A stretch of 64,000 nt of DNA from Marsupella aquatica (Eukaryota > Plantae > Marchantiophyta). The notes below the pieces were generated by a model. It did no database searches. It saw only the letters and a program-made list of their open reading frames with translations, and was not told the origin of the DNA. Below, in pieces: positions 26,103-37,557 of the stretch (position 1 is the first letter of the stretch; every line of letters begins with the position of its first letter). Both the position numbers and the translations under genes were made by a program. The stretch lies in assembly GCA_973895155.1 (NCBI GenBank), contig OZ316893.1:1860860-1924859 (forward strand), given 5' to 3'.

Positions 26103-28770
26103 CAAATCAGTCTCACGATGCTTCGGAATTTCGAGAACGACCCATTCATGATATTTTCTATCATATTCGTAGATTTTCCTATTCGTTCAATCCAATTCCC
26201 GATACTAGCTTTCGCAATTTATCTTCTCTATCATACCTTCCATTCAATTGTGTTCTCCAGCAACCATCTCTCCTTCGTCGAGTTAGGGCTCTCGACATGG
26301 TTCCTGATTCGCTCAACGATCTCTCATTGCCTTGAATTATTCACAGGTGTCTGATTGCCTTCCTTTCCAGTAAATGTATTCGCCAAACTTCTTCCTGTTA
26401 ACAATTACCCACCTCAACTCCTGAGGCACCTAGGTATTTTTAAGTTTCTCATCTACGCTATACCATTTTGGATAATTTGGAGACTGTAGCTATACTCTTC
26501 GATGCCTGTGCATCCCATTTAATCGCAAGCCCATCTAATCGCAAGCAAAGCTTTAGCAACGCTGACAGGTAGATAAATGGGGCAGAGAATTTACCCAACC
26601 CATGGACTTGAGAATATTGTCACCGCTGCCACTCCGGATTCGTTTCGCTCCATTGTGGAACGTTCCTTTACTAATCAACAGACCACCAGTACCCACTCCC
26701 ACCACTGGGAGGGCCCCCAAAGCTCGGAGAAATCTCTTGATCTGCTTATTCTCTTCCTGCGTTTCCGTCTTCTCCACTCATTCCTCCTCCGTCCGCTTCT
26801 CCTGCTCTTCCTTCATCTCCATCGCCTAACTATCACAGGCTTAGGGAGAACGAATATTACCTCCACCCAGATCTAAAGTAGATGAATTAAGGTGCGCGAC
26901 AACATCTACTGCCACACGAAGAGGAGGTGACGTTGTTGTGTGCCGACATTCTTGATCACGGTCCTCTGGAGAACTGTTCGAAGGTTGTTTCTTCGATAGT
27001 TTCTACCCTTCTGCTGAGTGGGTGCCATGTCTTAGCGTTGCACTTCAGCAATCATTCAATTTGGTTTCTCCACACGCGATTTGGTGAGGCCTCTGTGAGC
27101 ATTTGCACCGCTTTCATCAAGCAAGCCATCTTCTCAACTTACACTTCCGTGCAGCTTCTGCACCAGATCAAATCCGTACTTTCGATTAAAGTCTTCCTCT
27201 TCTTTTGAACCTGTCATCAATTGTCATTACTCTCGAAATAGATGCAAAATGGCACTTGTGCAACCCATACCATATCCTACACAGATTTCAGGAGAATTAA
27301 TGCCATGTATTGCAGCCATTTCAAGATCTGCAGACTTTTCATTTCGTTCGACAAAGACATTATTCATTCAAAAAGCATTTAAGTGTTACCATCATCTAAA
27401 ATTGCATGAGATCAAAGACTCTCAAATACATGTTGACAAAAACCACTCGTACCGAAAACCGAGACATCCTGCAAAAATTGTTATATCGATTGCCAACTAC
27501 ACATTCCCGACTCCATTATACAATGTACTAGGACTCTTCAATAGGGTACTGTCGGGAGGGAGTGCGAGTACATTTACACGCACACCACAAGTGGCGTCCG
27601 CGCCAAGCGTCGTCGTCAATAATACTCGACAAGAAAAAGCTTCACGACAAACACTTGACAATTCAGCAACCGGAAAGAATATCAGCGTCAACTACTTTCT
27701 ATGCAATACTCGTAGTTGTCAGCTGGGACGGCATTCCAGAATGAAGATAGTTACGGAGTACCAGGACAATTGAGCTACTTCATATTGGCTGTGAGTCAGG
27801 GATAGGAAAGTGTCGTAAACTTTCCCTGCAAAGTGAATTCTACATAATGATGCTTTCTAAATAATGCCAACGCTCTAATATAAAAGAGAAGATTGCACCG
27901 CCCAGCTAAATTGATGTCAGGCCCCCTGTCAAATAATGACAAAACAATTCAGTACAACACGTCTATTAATAAGCCAAATGACAGATCTTGTGACCGAATT
28001 TCATTCAAGATGATTTACGTCATTATTTCAGATACCACGCGTACCACCAAGGATCTTCAGCTAACGAGGTAATGTACTCGTGAATAACTCATCACAGGAA
28101 AACCGAAACTGGAGTGATCGCATTGCATTCAACCATCACGAGAGTAAACGAAGGATGACTTTCATTCAGGGAAGAGGTTACACGTAGAGATGGAAAACCA
28201 ATTGAGGTTAACGAACAAGAATGAACAGTCATGTACAATACAACTAACAACTTCAAAGAGGAAAAAGTACAACGCAATCTAACTAGGATGGCGGATTGAA
28301 ATATTCCAGGAATCAAACCCCAGTTGGGGTCCACCTTTGAAACTAAAGAAGCTTGGGATAACTACCTCAGTTACCCAGATGGTTTACAAAAGGTTTGCAT
28401 CAGAATATATTTCCTTGAGGACGATTTCCAATATAGTATATAGATCCAATCTACTAAGCCGGCAATCTCCAATACGCACACAGGCTGCCAAAAGCCAACA
28501 CCTACAGCCCCTAAATCAAAATTCAATCGGAATTGAAAATTCGACAGGAAACAGAACGTAAGAATTGGACGCCGAAAATTGGATATCACCAGCTCAAGGA
28601 CGAGTGGAGTCATTTGTATGGCATATAACCCCATTTCATGACGCTCAGCGCAGACATGTGCCACCCGCAACCTAAGACAGTAGCTTCTACAGATCGGTAT
28701 TTACATGCTGAGATCCCCAGCTGATCAGAACTGCGTACCACTACAACATCACTCGGCGCCCCTTATCGCT

Positions 28771-30152
28771 CTACTGAGTCTTCTTTTCCTTGGGTGGTGC
28801 CCTAGGGATCTTGCTCAAGACATTGGCATCAAACTTCTTGTACTGAGTATGAGCGTGATCACCAGCAACCTTGGCATACTTGTCAATTTCATCTTCATAT
28901 TTCTCGTAAAGAGCTGGGAATGTGTGCGACAAGACAACCCCTGTGATGAAAGGAAGAATAACCCCAATTAGGCAGCCACTCACATTCGTAAATCGACCAT
29001 TAACCAACCACTACAGCACATAGCTAAGTTCCAGGTAATCCACAAATCTAGAACCCTAAGTGAAAAACGCATTTCAATTCCGAACAAGCCCCAACAGCCA
29101 CCACCCCCCGTCCCCCTGGATTCAAGAACATGCCATTAGACAGGACACTTTGCATGTACTTACCAATGTAAAGGAGCGTAACAAAACTAAACCAGCCCCC
29201 GATAACAGAGACTACCCACAACCCAGCAATCACCTGCACAGACAAGAGGGAGATCCACATCAGATAGTTGAACATGCAAACAAGGATAAATAACCCAGAT
29301 ATGCCCCAGAGTAAGACGAAGTCAATCAGCTACCTTCACAAACAGTTTGAAGTCCTTGCCGAGAGCCACATCGCGGGTGACGGCCAATATTTTGTTGAGT
29401 TCAACACTAGTGCTCGCAGCTACAGCCATCACAGACTGCTCCGACAATTGAAGCTCCGGAATGGGTGGGGGGTTTCTGTACCACGAACAGGAGTAACGTA
29501 ATTACGTGGAAGTCATGAAGGTATGAGCCGAACGAGGCCCCAAACTACGACTTCCGATAGGAGGGAAGGCAGGCTAAAACACACAGGAATTCACAGATAA
29601 AACCGAAAGCGACGGCCACAAGGGGAAATTACCGGTTCAACAGGGCTGCGACATTCGACCAAACGAAGACAATCACAACCGAGAACAGGAGAACATTCGA
29701 AAGAAGAGACAGCAACGTGTATCCAGACCACTCGAACAAGATGTAGCCAATTGTTGCTCCGACCAACACTCCAGCAGACATGGGCTTGTTACGCCACAAT
29801 AAGACGTCCGCCGCTGTAGAGCACATTGAAAAAACGACAGCACAATATCAGGATCTCAGCAGTAGGGGTGGTCCGACACACAAAGCAATGATAAGCTCAA
29901 GGGCAAAAGACAACAACAATGGATTCAATCAGTCCCACAACACGAGAATCTTATTGTCATTCTAGGCTCGCATGTAAACTTACATTTTCCACCTCCAAGA
30001 ATCTCATGGACACCCTTCTCCCTGCCAAAAAGGCGAGGAGCACTCGGGATGTGCTTTCCAGCAGGCGCAGTCTGAGAAGCTGGTAACTTGGAGAAATTCT
30101 CCACCACTGAACTCACAGCGGAGTTCACATGGTTCTCCGCTTCATCGGCCAT
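28771..30152 (-). CDS. RTNLB: Reticulon-like protein B (RTNLB), ~243 aa
   Basis: Exons 30152-29984, 29813-29633, 29475-29334, 29233-29164, 28940-28771 (internal exons 181/142/70 nt, all GT-AG). Motifs [27 protein letters not shown] and HTFPALYEKYEDEID. C-terminal KKTQ ER-retrieval signal. A 5'-UTR intron probably ends near 30163. Confidence 0.95.
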
Positions 30153-30926
30153 GGTGTGTACTCTGAAATCAAACAATCAAGAAAGCTGGATGAGCACTGG
30201 AGTCAGACATACGTCACAAAGTCGATTAAAGTGATCCAAAAGAGGAAAAAACTTCTAATCGACGCCTCGAAGAGAGAGATACAGATAGACACCACAACCA
30301 AAGAGTGACAAAGGATCTGAATGACCTCTCCTCTGCTGGGAGAGGAGGACACCAACTCCACGGACACACACCGAGAAAAATCAATCGCATGCACCACAGC
30401 AAGTCTCCTTCACAATAAACCACAGCACAGCCCACCCACAACCTCCTCACAAGGCACGTCACTCCTCCGCCGGGAAAACAATCAGAGGAGACCCCCTAAT
30501 CTACCGTACCTTCCGATCACGAGAGACGAGAACTCCCCCTGCGCTACCCTACTGGCAAAGAAGACGGTAAAGGCTGCCAAGAACTATCTATCAATCCCAC
30601 CACCCACTACGTCATTCACATCACAGCGACCCGCCAGGACGACCTACTCGACTCAACACACCGACAAGCCCAACCCATCGTCCTCCCCCCAAACGACCCC
30701 GTTCGGAAGAGCACACCTCACATACCAAAAGAACGCAGGCAAGATGGAAAAGAGTACGAGAGAAAGACGCCCAACACAAAGAGAACGACGCCCAACACAA
30801 CAGCACCATACGCAGAGACAGCGGCACCGACCACGAGTACAGGTCGAGAAATTATACCACCAATCGGGAGCAGGAGGCCAGCTGCTGCTGCTGTCCAGAA
30901 ATAATCTAGAAAATCGAAGTGCGTCC

Positions 30927-30957
<31 letters not shown>

Positions 30958-31305
30958 AAAGCCGTCGAGGGAGGGGTGCAGAAGAGCACGGAGGCGGGAG
31001 CAGACTGATGAGAAGAGCAAGTGCGGGGCGTCGTCGCTGCTCTCTCTACAAGAGTACAAGCCGGATCGCTCGACACACGAGGCCGCGATGAGAATTCGAA
31101 GCGAGGAGGGATACGAGGAGGAGGACGAGGAAACTGAGAGAGAGAAAGAGGAGAAGAAGCGTCGAGAAATGATGAGTCTGGAGAAGAAGCAAATTCCGCC
31201 ACAAAGCAATTCCGCACAGAGCGGGAATGTCGGCCGATCGACCGGTCGAAAAGAGGGAGCCGACAGGTGGAAGGCCCACGGCCTCGCTCACTCGGCGCTC
31301 GGCGC

Positions 31306-32290
31306 TGGCTCGGCCCCCCTCGGACACGCGGGAGCTCCAGTGTTTTTAGTTAGTGGCGAAAAATTTTCTTTAGATTCCACCTCTCCAAAACGCTTTCGTC
31401 ACTTGGCTAAAATTAGCTACCGTGGGTTTGTTTTGGAGGTATTTTCTGGTTGATAGGATCCCTGAGGTTTTGGGTACCTGACTCAAGGTCAATTAAGGGT
31501 CTTGATCACTCAGGGTCCTAGCGACCCAGTTTTAGTCACTTGGCAAAAATTAGCTACCTTGGGTTTGCTTTGGAAGTATTTACTTGATAATACCCATTTG
31601 GAGGTATTTACTGGATAGAACTCCTAAGGGCCGTCTTGCATGTCTTTGGTCCTTTGCACATCGGCCCTAAAATGAACTCGTGTCATGAGTTGAGGCAGCG
31701 AGAGGGCGGCAGTCCTGATGGCTTCTTTTGTGGAGATACAAGGGCAAGGGCCGGAAAAGTTCCGGCCCTTGAGGTCCCGAACCTTTAAAATGTAATAAAA
31801 CAAAACATTTGGTTTTAACTTTTCCCCGACATCTGTGGCTTGGTAAGGGCCGCAGTTTTCAGGACTCTTGCACATGCAAGACAGTCCTAAGGTTTTCGGT
31901 ACCTTGATTCAAGGTCACTCAGTGCTCAGCACTGGCTCAGCCCCCCTTGGACATGTGGGAGCTCCAGTGTTTTTAGTTAGTGGCAAAAACTTTCTTTAGA
32001 TTCCACCTCTCCAAAAAGTTTTTGTCACTTGGCAAAATTTAGCTACCATGGGTTTGTTCTAGAGGTATTTACTAGTTGATAGGATCCCTGAGGTTTTGGG
32101 TACCTTGATTCAAGGTCAATTAAGGGTCTTAATCACTCAGGGGTCCTATCCACCCAGTTTTAGTCACTTGGCAAAAATTAGCTACCTTGGGGTTGCTTTG
32201 GATGTATTTACTTGATAGGACCCCTAAGATTTTGGGTACCTTGATTCAAGGTCAATTAAGGGTCTCGATCATTCAGGGGTCCTATCCACC
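31306..32290. repeat. Duplicated promoter-side block plus internal ~125-bp sub-repeats upstream of the reticulon gene
   Basis: 31306-~31590 is repeated at 31932-~32220. ttgataggatccctgaggttttgggtacc..gattcaaggtcaattaagggtct recurs. Confidence 0.85.
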
Positions 32291-34262
32291 GGTAACCTTT
32301 ATTCCATACAGAATTTATGGTGCATATGGTGGCGAATCAACAACCTTTGCCTCCTCTAGTCAGAGGAGAGACCACACAGGCAAGGCTGGGGAAACAAAAG
32401 AGGGTAGTTTCCTTCCTGGCTTGGGAGAGGGAGGGAGGTGGCCTTTTGGCCAACTTGGCATGGAACCTAGAGATTCATGCAAGGAGGAAGAGTGGAGTTT
32501 TTATCATATTTTTGAATGCCATATGATGAGGCCAATATGGCATGTCTTTGGGTGACCAAGTAATTGGGTCATCAAGCATGAGTCCCCTGAAAAACAAATC
32601 TGCTGAGCTTGGGTTTGCTGCTAAAATCATCCAAGCAGCTGACCCATGCTTGGAACTGACCCTTGCTCGGATGATTTTAGCAGCAAACCCACTATCTGAA
32701 CTGAACCATGAGCAACTGACATTCTGTGAGTTGTTTATCCAGTGTTTTTCAATACCTAGTTCATTGTTTGCACAACACATGTAGTTACTAACTTGAACTA
32801 GTCGGACGTTGTGATACTGAACTGGTGAACTGAGTATGTTCTAATAACATAGATCAATCTATTGTGTCTTTTCTGAAACTCTATTACCTTGTTGTAGAAG
32901 ATTTTTAATTGCAATTTGGTTTCTCACCATAGCCCAGCAAATACCAGCCCTTCTTACTCTGAGGTTGTAGAGTTGCCTATGGTACAGTTATATGGTTCCT
33001 GCACCTACTGGGATCAAATGTTGAGACTGGTCCATTGGAGCCTTGAGGTTCTGTCTCGAGGTCAAATCTTGTGATCCATGCAAGGATCACAAAAACATTA
33101 TTTTGGTTAGGACATATACTTCTTTGCCCAATGTAGTAAGCCTTTTTCAGTCAAATGCCAAATTCATTCAAGCATTTACATATTCATCATTTATACACCA
33201 GCATGATTTTGATACATCAATTTGAAGGGGCTTATATGCAATTATTTGGAATGACTTCTTAGCAAAAACCGAAAGTATGACAAAGTCTCTTTTAAAATTC
33301 CAATTTGTGGCAGTACAATTTGAGCATAGGTTAGAGTATCTTGCTCAAATGCGTGTAGGAAGACGAGAAAAAAGCCTGTACGAGAAAGTTATGGGGTAAG
33401 TTCATTTGTACACAAAAAATTAATTCGTACCCTGTACTATCGTGGAAAAAAACATAGAAACCATTTCTACTGCGTACTTAACAAGTTAAAGGAAGCTTAT
33501 TCCCTAAATATAACTTGCTTAACAAGTTTAATGTAATGGCCAGTTTACCTACGCTACGTCAAGAATTGCATTAAGCAACATAAGGTACAAAATACTTACA
33601 TGTTAGGGACCTCTTAGTGGCGTTCACCTTAATCTTTAAACCACTAGTAAGTGTATAACCTCTGGGTGCTTGGGAGCTGGCATTCCATGCCATAGTTGCA
33701 TTTTCAGACTGGCATCCATCCCTGGCCCTCACGATCAAACTTTGGAGCAATCGCGTCCATTGAAAACTTGGTAATGTACAGCTCAAAGTGAAGATCAAAG
33801 ATCTACACCTGAGAAAAACAGACGCTAAAAATTCATGAAAAAACAAACGAGACAAAAAGAAGAAGAATTGAAGCTTTCTGATGGGTCAGGGAGCAAATTC
33901 CCAATTTCAAATTTGTGGGCAGAGGGTGGAGGGGACAGGTGGCATGTAAGGGATAGGGTGAAAGTGCGGAGTGGGAGGCCAGGTTAGCCCATTGGCCCTT
34001 TCTTTTTCCTTCTTAGCCAGTGTGGCAATGTCATCTTGCATGAAGGAGAAGATGTTGTGAATACGCCACATGTAAGTTTCTTAGATTATTTTAGCTACTC
34101 GATTTCGATACATTTCATGACTACCCCACTACATTCTATGGCTAGGTGGAAATTGGCCAATAAAAGACAACCAACCTAGAGTAGATAATTTTGGCTTCCA
34201 GTAAAGGACTTTTTGGAGAGGTGGAATCTAGGGGGATTTTGTCACTTATTAAAAAAATGCTG
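31966..34262. mobile_element. Old non-autonomous TIR element (hAT-like CAGTGTT end), ~90-bp imperfect inverted termini
   Basis: Left cagtgtttttagttagtggcaaaa..tagattccacctctccaaaaagt matches the reverse complement of 34175-34262 (cagcatttttttaataagtgacaaaa..tagattccacctctccaaaaagt). No TSD is recognisable. Confidence 0.55.
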
Positions 34263-34639
34263 TTGGTGTTGGGTCAAAGGAAAGTCTCTTACTATAGGTT
34301 TTAATATGAATAATTGTGCTGACTGTTAGGACACTCGCCAATCCAGCCGTCGATCGAGAATCTTAAATCCAGCCAAGTGGGTCCTCTGTTGCAAACCGCT
34401 TTTCACTGTGGATAACTTTGCATTAAATTTTGCTCAGGAATCAGCCGGGCCCTAACGTGTCGCCGTCGTGACAAATGGAGGTGAATCTTCACTGAATCTT
34501 GTATCTCAAAACGCTTGAATATTCTATTTGGCTTCATCTGATTGTCATAATTGAAAAAAAAGTTACATACTGCTAACATTTGACCACTTTTGTGTTTTGA
34601 TGAATTGGAGCTATTTACCATTTCAGACTGCCCATGCAA

Positions 34640-34807
34640 TAGGGCGTCTCAAACTTCACGTTGCTGCCTCCGGTCATGGTCAGCGACGGATTCCCGGGAA
34701 AAAAGTGACGGACACAAGAATCCATGTCCGCACACTGCTAAACCATGACCGAAACTGATAGTTGCAGATGTCATTTTTCCCACAGCTCCAAGGTTCGAGA
34801 TGCCCTG
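34640..34807. mobile_element. Small MITE-like element, TIR ~ YAGGGCRTCTCRAAC
   Basis: tagggcgtctcaaac ... gttcgagatgccctg. The same termini bound 45505-45882. Confidence 0.5.
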
Positions 34808-36624
34808 ATCTAGAAAGATAATGAGAGAGCATGTAGTCGGTTAGGGAGAGTGACTAGTCTGAGAAATCATTCAGCAAGATTGGGAAATCAAGCTAATAGG
34901 GTATAATCTAATGGCATAATCCAAATATTCCACAAAAAATGAATGAGGTTTAGTGCAACAAGTTAGCACTATAAGTCCATGGTTACCATCAAAGGAGCCC
35001 TGAGGTAATTGTTGTAAAAGTGCAATTCTCTACCCTAAGCTTACAAGTTCTGCTACTGCAAGGCCAATTTTCTTTGGAGTTGGCTTGGCACTAGTGGTTC
35101 TGGTGAGCATAGTGGAGTGAAACATGCCACACCTACCAGCCTGGAGTGCTATCCAATTTCTTGTACAGTTTTCAGGTCACAAATAGAGCCAAACTACACT
35201 CAGGGGCCATGGATGTAATGCATTTGGGCTCATCTTAGTGGATTAGATTCCAACTCCCTTGCAGCCATGGGTACCCTACATAATTTTTTTCCTTTTTCTT
35301 CTTTTGTCAGGCAGGCTGTTGATGTAAGTTGCATTTTGTAGAAGGTGCAAATAAATTTAAAACTTTTTCAATGCTTATGCGGGTGCTTACAAAAGACCAA
35401 TACCAAAGGACCTTGTTACCACTTTGTCATGAATCCTACTAATAATTTGCGATCAGAAGCTAGAGTTGAGATCCAGGCTTCTAGAAAGAAGCTAGAGTTG
35501 AGGTCTAGGTTTCTGAGTGAAACCTCTAGACCCTACTTCCAGGCCCCACCAAAGCTTATGTGAGAAAAGAATACTATGTATTAGACTAGACTCATTACCC
35601 CTTTCTTGAACTTAAATAGACATGAAGACCAAAAAAAAATATCTTGCAAATTTTTTTTCTATGTTATCTCATGTTCATCTTGGCCCAATCCCTGTTGTTT
35701 TCCACCTTCATTTCAATTTTGTCTTTTTTCACTCTAGACCATAGCTCTATAAAGTAGATTTGGATCAAAACTTCACTCTAGACCAGCCATTTTTTCCATA
35801 TTAAAAAATTAGCCAACTTGGCTCCCTATTGGCCTAAGGAGTAAGGAAAGTTAGCTAGAGCTTCTGGTTGCAGTCAAGTGGCTAGTAGTCTCTGGTTGGG
35901 AGTAAGTTTACTGGTTAATTCCAAAGTTTAGCAGTGCACTTGGGTGGCAAGTAGTAACTTGAACAGCTCCACTAGCTCATTCTTTGGAAACTTCTTGGCT
36001 CCGCTAGCTCATTCTTTGTATAACTCTGCTAGCTCATTGTCAACTATGTACATTGCATGGTAATGAGCATCAAGCAAACAACCCTTATCTTGCATGGGGT
36101 TTGCTGGCATCATGCTTGCTGGATGATGCCAGCCCTTGATCCGCATATGGCCAATGGCTGCCATTTTTCCCAGAACTTTGCCCAAATATCAATAGCCAGC
36201 CCCTTTTCTAGGTAAGTATATTTGGCAAACTTTTGGCCACAAAAACATGGTTCATCTAGATCATAGCCCTGGAAAGTAACTTTGGATAGCAGGTCTGTCT
36301 AGCTTTGAATATCGCTATATTAGTAAAATATCATATCATAATCATATCATAATCACATCATACACAACTATTCTTTTAGTCATTTCTATATATCATAATG
36401 ATATCATACACAACTATTCTTTTCGTCATTTCTATTAACATTCAAGCAATGACCAATTATTATTTTTGCCATATTTGAATTCATGATGAGCATCCAGGTT
36501 GTATGAAACAAGGAAAATAAAGTGGGTTTCCCCCAAGTGTGACCTAAATGTCCCAGAGTTAGCCCGGTAGTGGTATCAGGGTCCAATTATGAGGCGGCCA
36601 GTTCTGAGAATCCTGAATAATGTC

Positions 36625-37557
36625 TTTCCCCCACATCCACATTTGTTGTCGATTTTGCAATGACCTTGCTCCTTTGCGTTCGTAATCCTCAGAATGCAAT
36701 GCTGATTCACGTGTTATATGTTCCCCCATAAGCCCCCATATCTACATTCGTCAACGACCTTGCTCCATTCTGCATGTAATCCCCAGAATTCAACATGGAT
36801 TGATCTGCTATATGTTCACCCAGAAGCCCCCATATCTACATTGAATGTATGTAGATATGTACACAACATTCAATATGGAGTCATCTGCTATGTGTTCACC
36901 CTGAAGCCCCCATATCTATATTTGTCTACGATTTTGCAACGACCTTGCTATGTTGTGCTTGTAATCCGTAGAATTCAATATATATATGGATTCATCTCTC
37001 GATTCATCTGCTATGTGTTCACCCATAAGCCCCCATATCTACATTCATCGATGATTTTGCAACAACCTTGCTCATTTGTGCATGTAATCCGCAGAATTCA
37101 ATATGGATTCATCTGCTATATGCTCACCCATAAACCCCCATATCTACATTCGTCGATGATTTTGCAATGACCTTGCTGCTTTGTGCTTGTAATCCGCATA
37201 ATTCACTATGGATTCATCTGGCACTATGTGTTCACCTAGAAGCCCCCATATCTACATTTGTCGACGATTTTGCAACGACCTTGCTCCCTTCTGCTTGTAA
37301 TCCGCAGAATTCAATACGGATTCATCTGTTGTATGTTCACCCAGAAGCCCCCATGTCTACATTCGTCAATGATTTTGCAATGACCTTGCTCCTTTTTGCT
37401 CGTAATCCGCAAAATTCACTGTGGATTCATCTACTATATGTTCACCCATAAGCCCCCATGTCTACATTTGTCGACGATTTTGCAACGACCTTGCTCCTTT
37501 GTGCTTGTAATCCGCAAAATTCAATATGGATTCATCTGCTATGTGTTCACCCAGAAG
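36625..37557. repeat. Tandem array, ~105-bp unit, ~9 copies, running into the ATP-grasp gene start codon
   Basis: aagcccccatatctacatt.gtc.a.gattttgcaa.gaccttgct...gtaatccgcagaattcaatatggattcatctgctatgtgttcaccc repeated. Confidence 0.95.

Noticed and set aside
27130-27210. FNRKYGFDLV as a KRP/CDK-inhibitor domain
   Set aside because: It lacks the following P-L-x-G-R-Y-E-W motif and is followed by stops.
27249-27773. 174-aa ATG ORF
   Set aside because: No domain signature or splice support; insufficient evidence to call.
30321-31453. 256-aa and 121-aa plus-strand ORFs
   Set aside because: Low-complexity frames antisense to the CT-rich reticulon leader and promoter.
36718-37451. 150-aa and 94-aa ORFs in the 105-bp array
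   Set aside because: Frames stay open because of the repeat period and switch between units; no coding signature.
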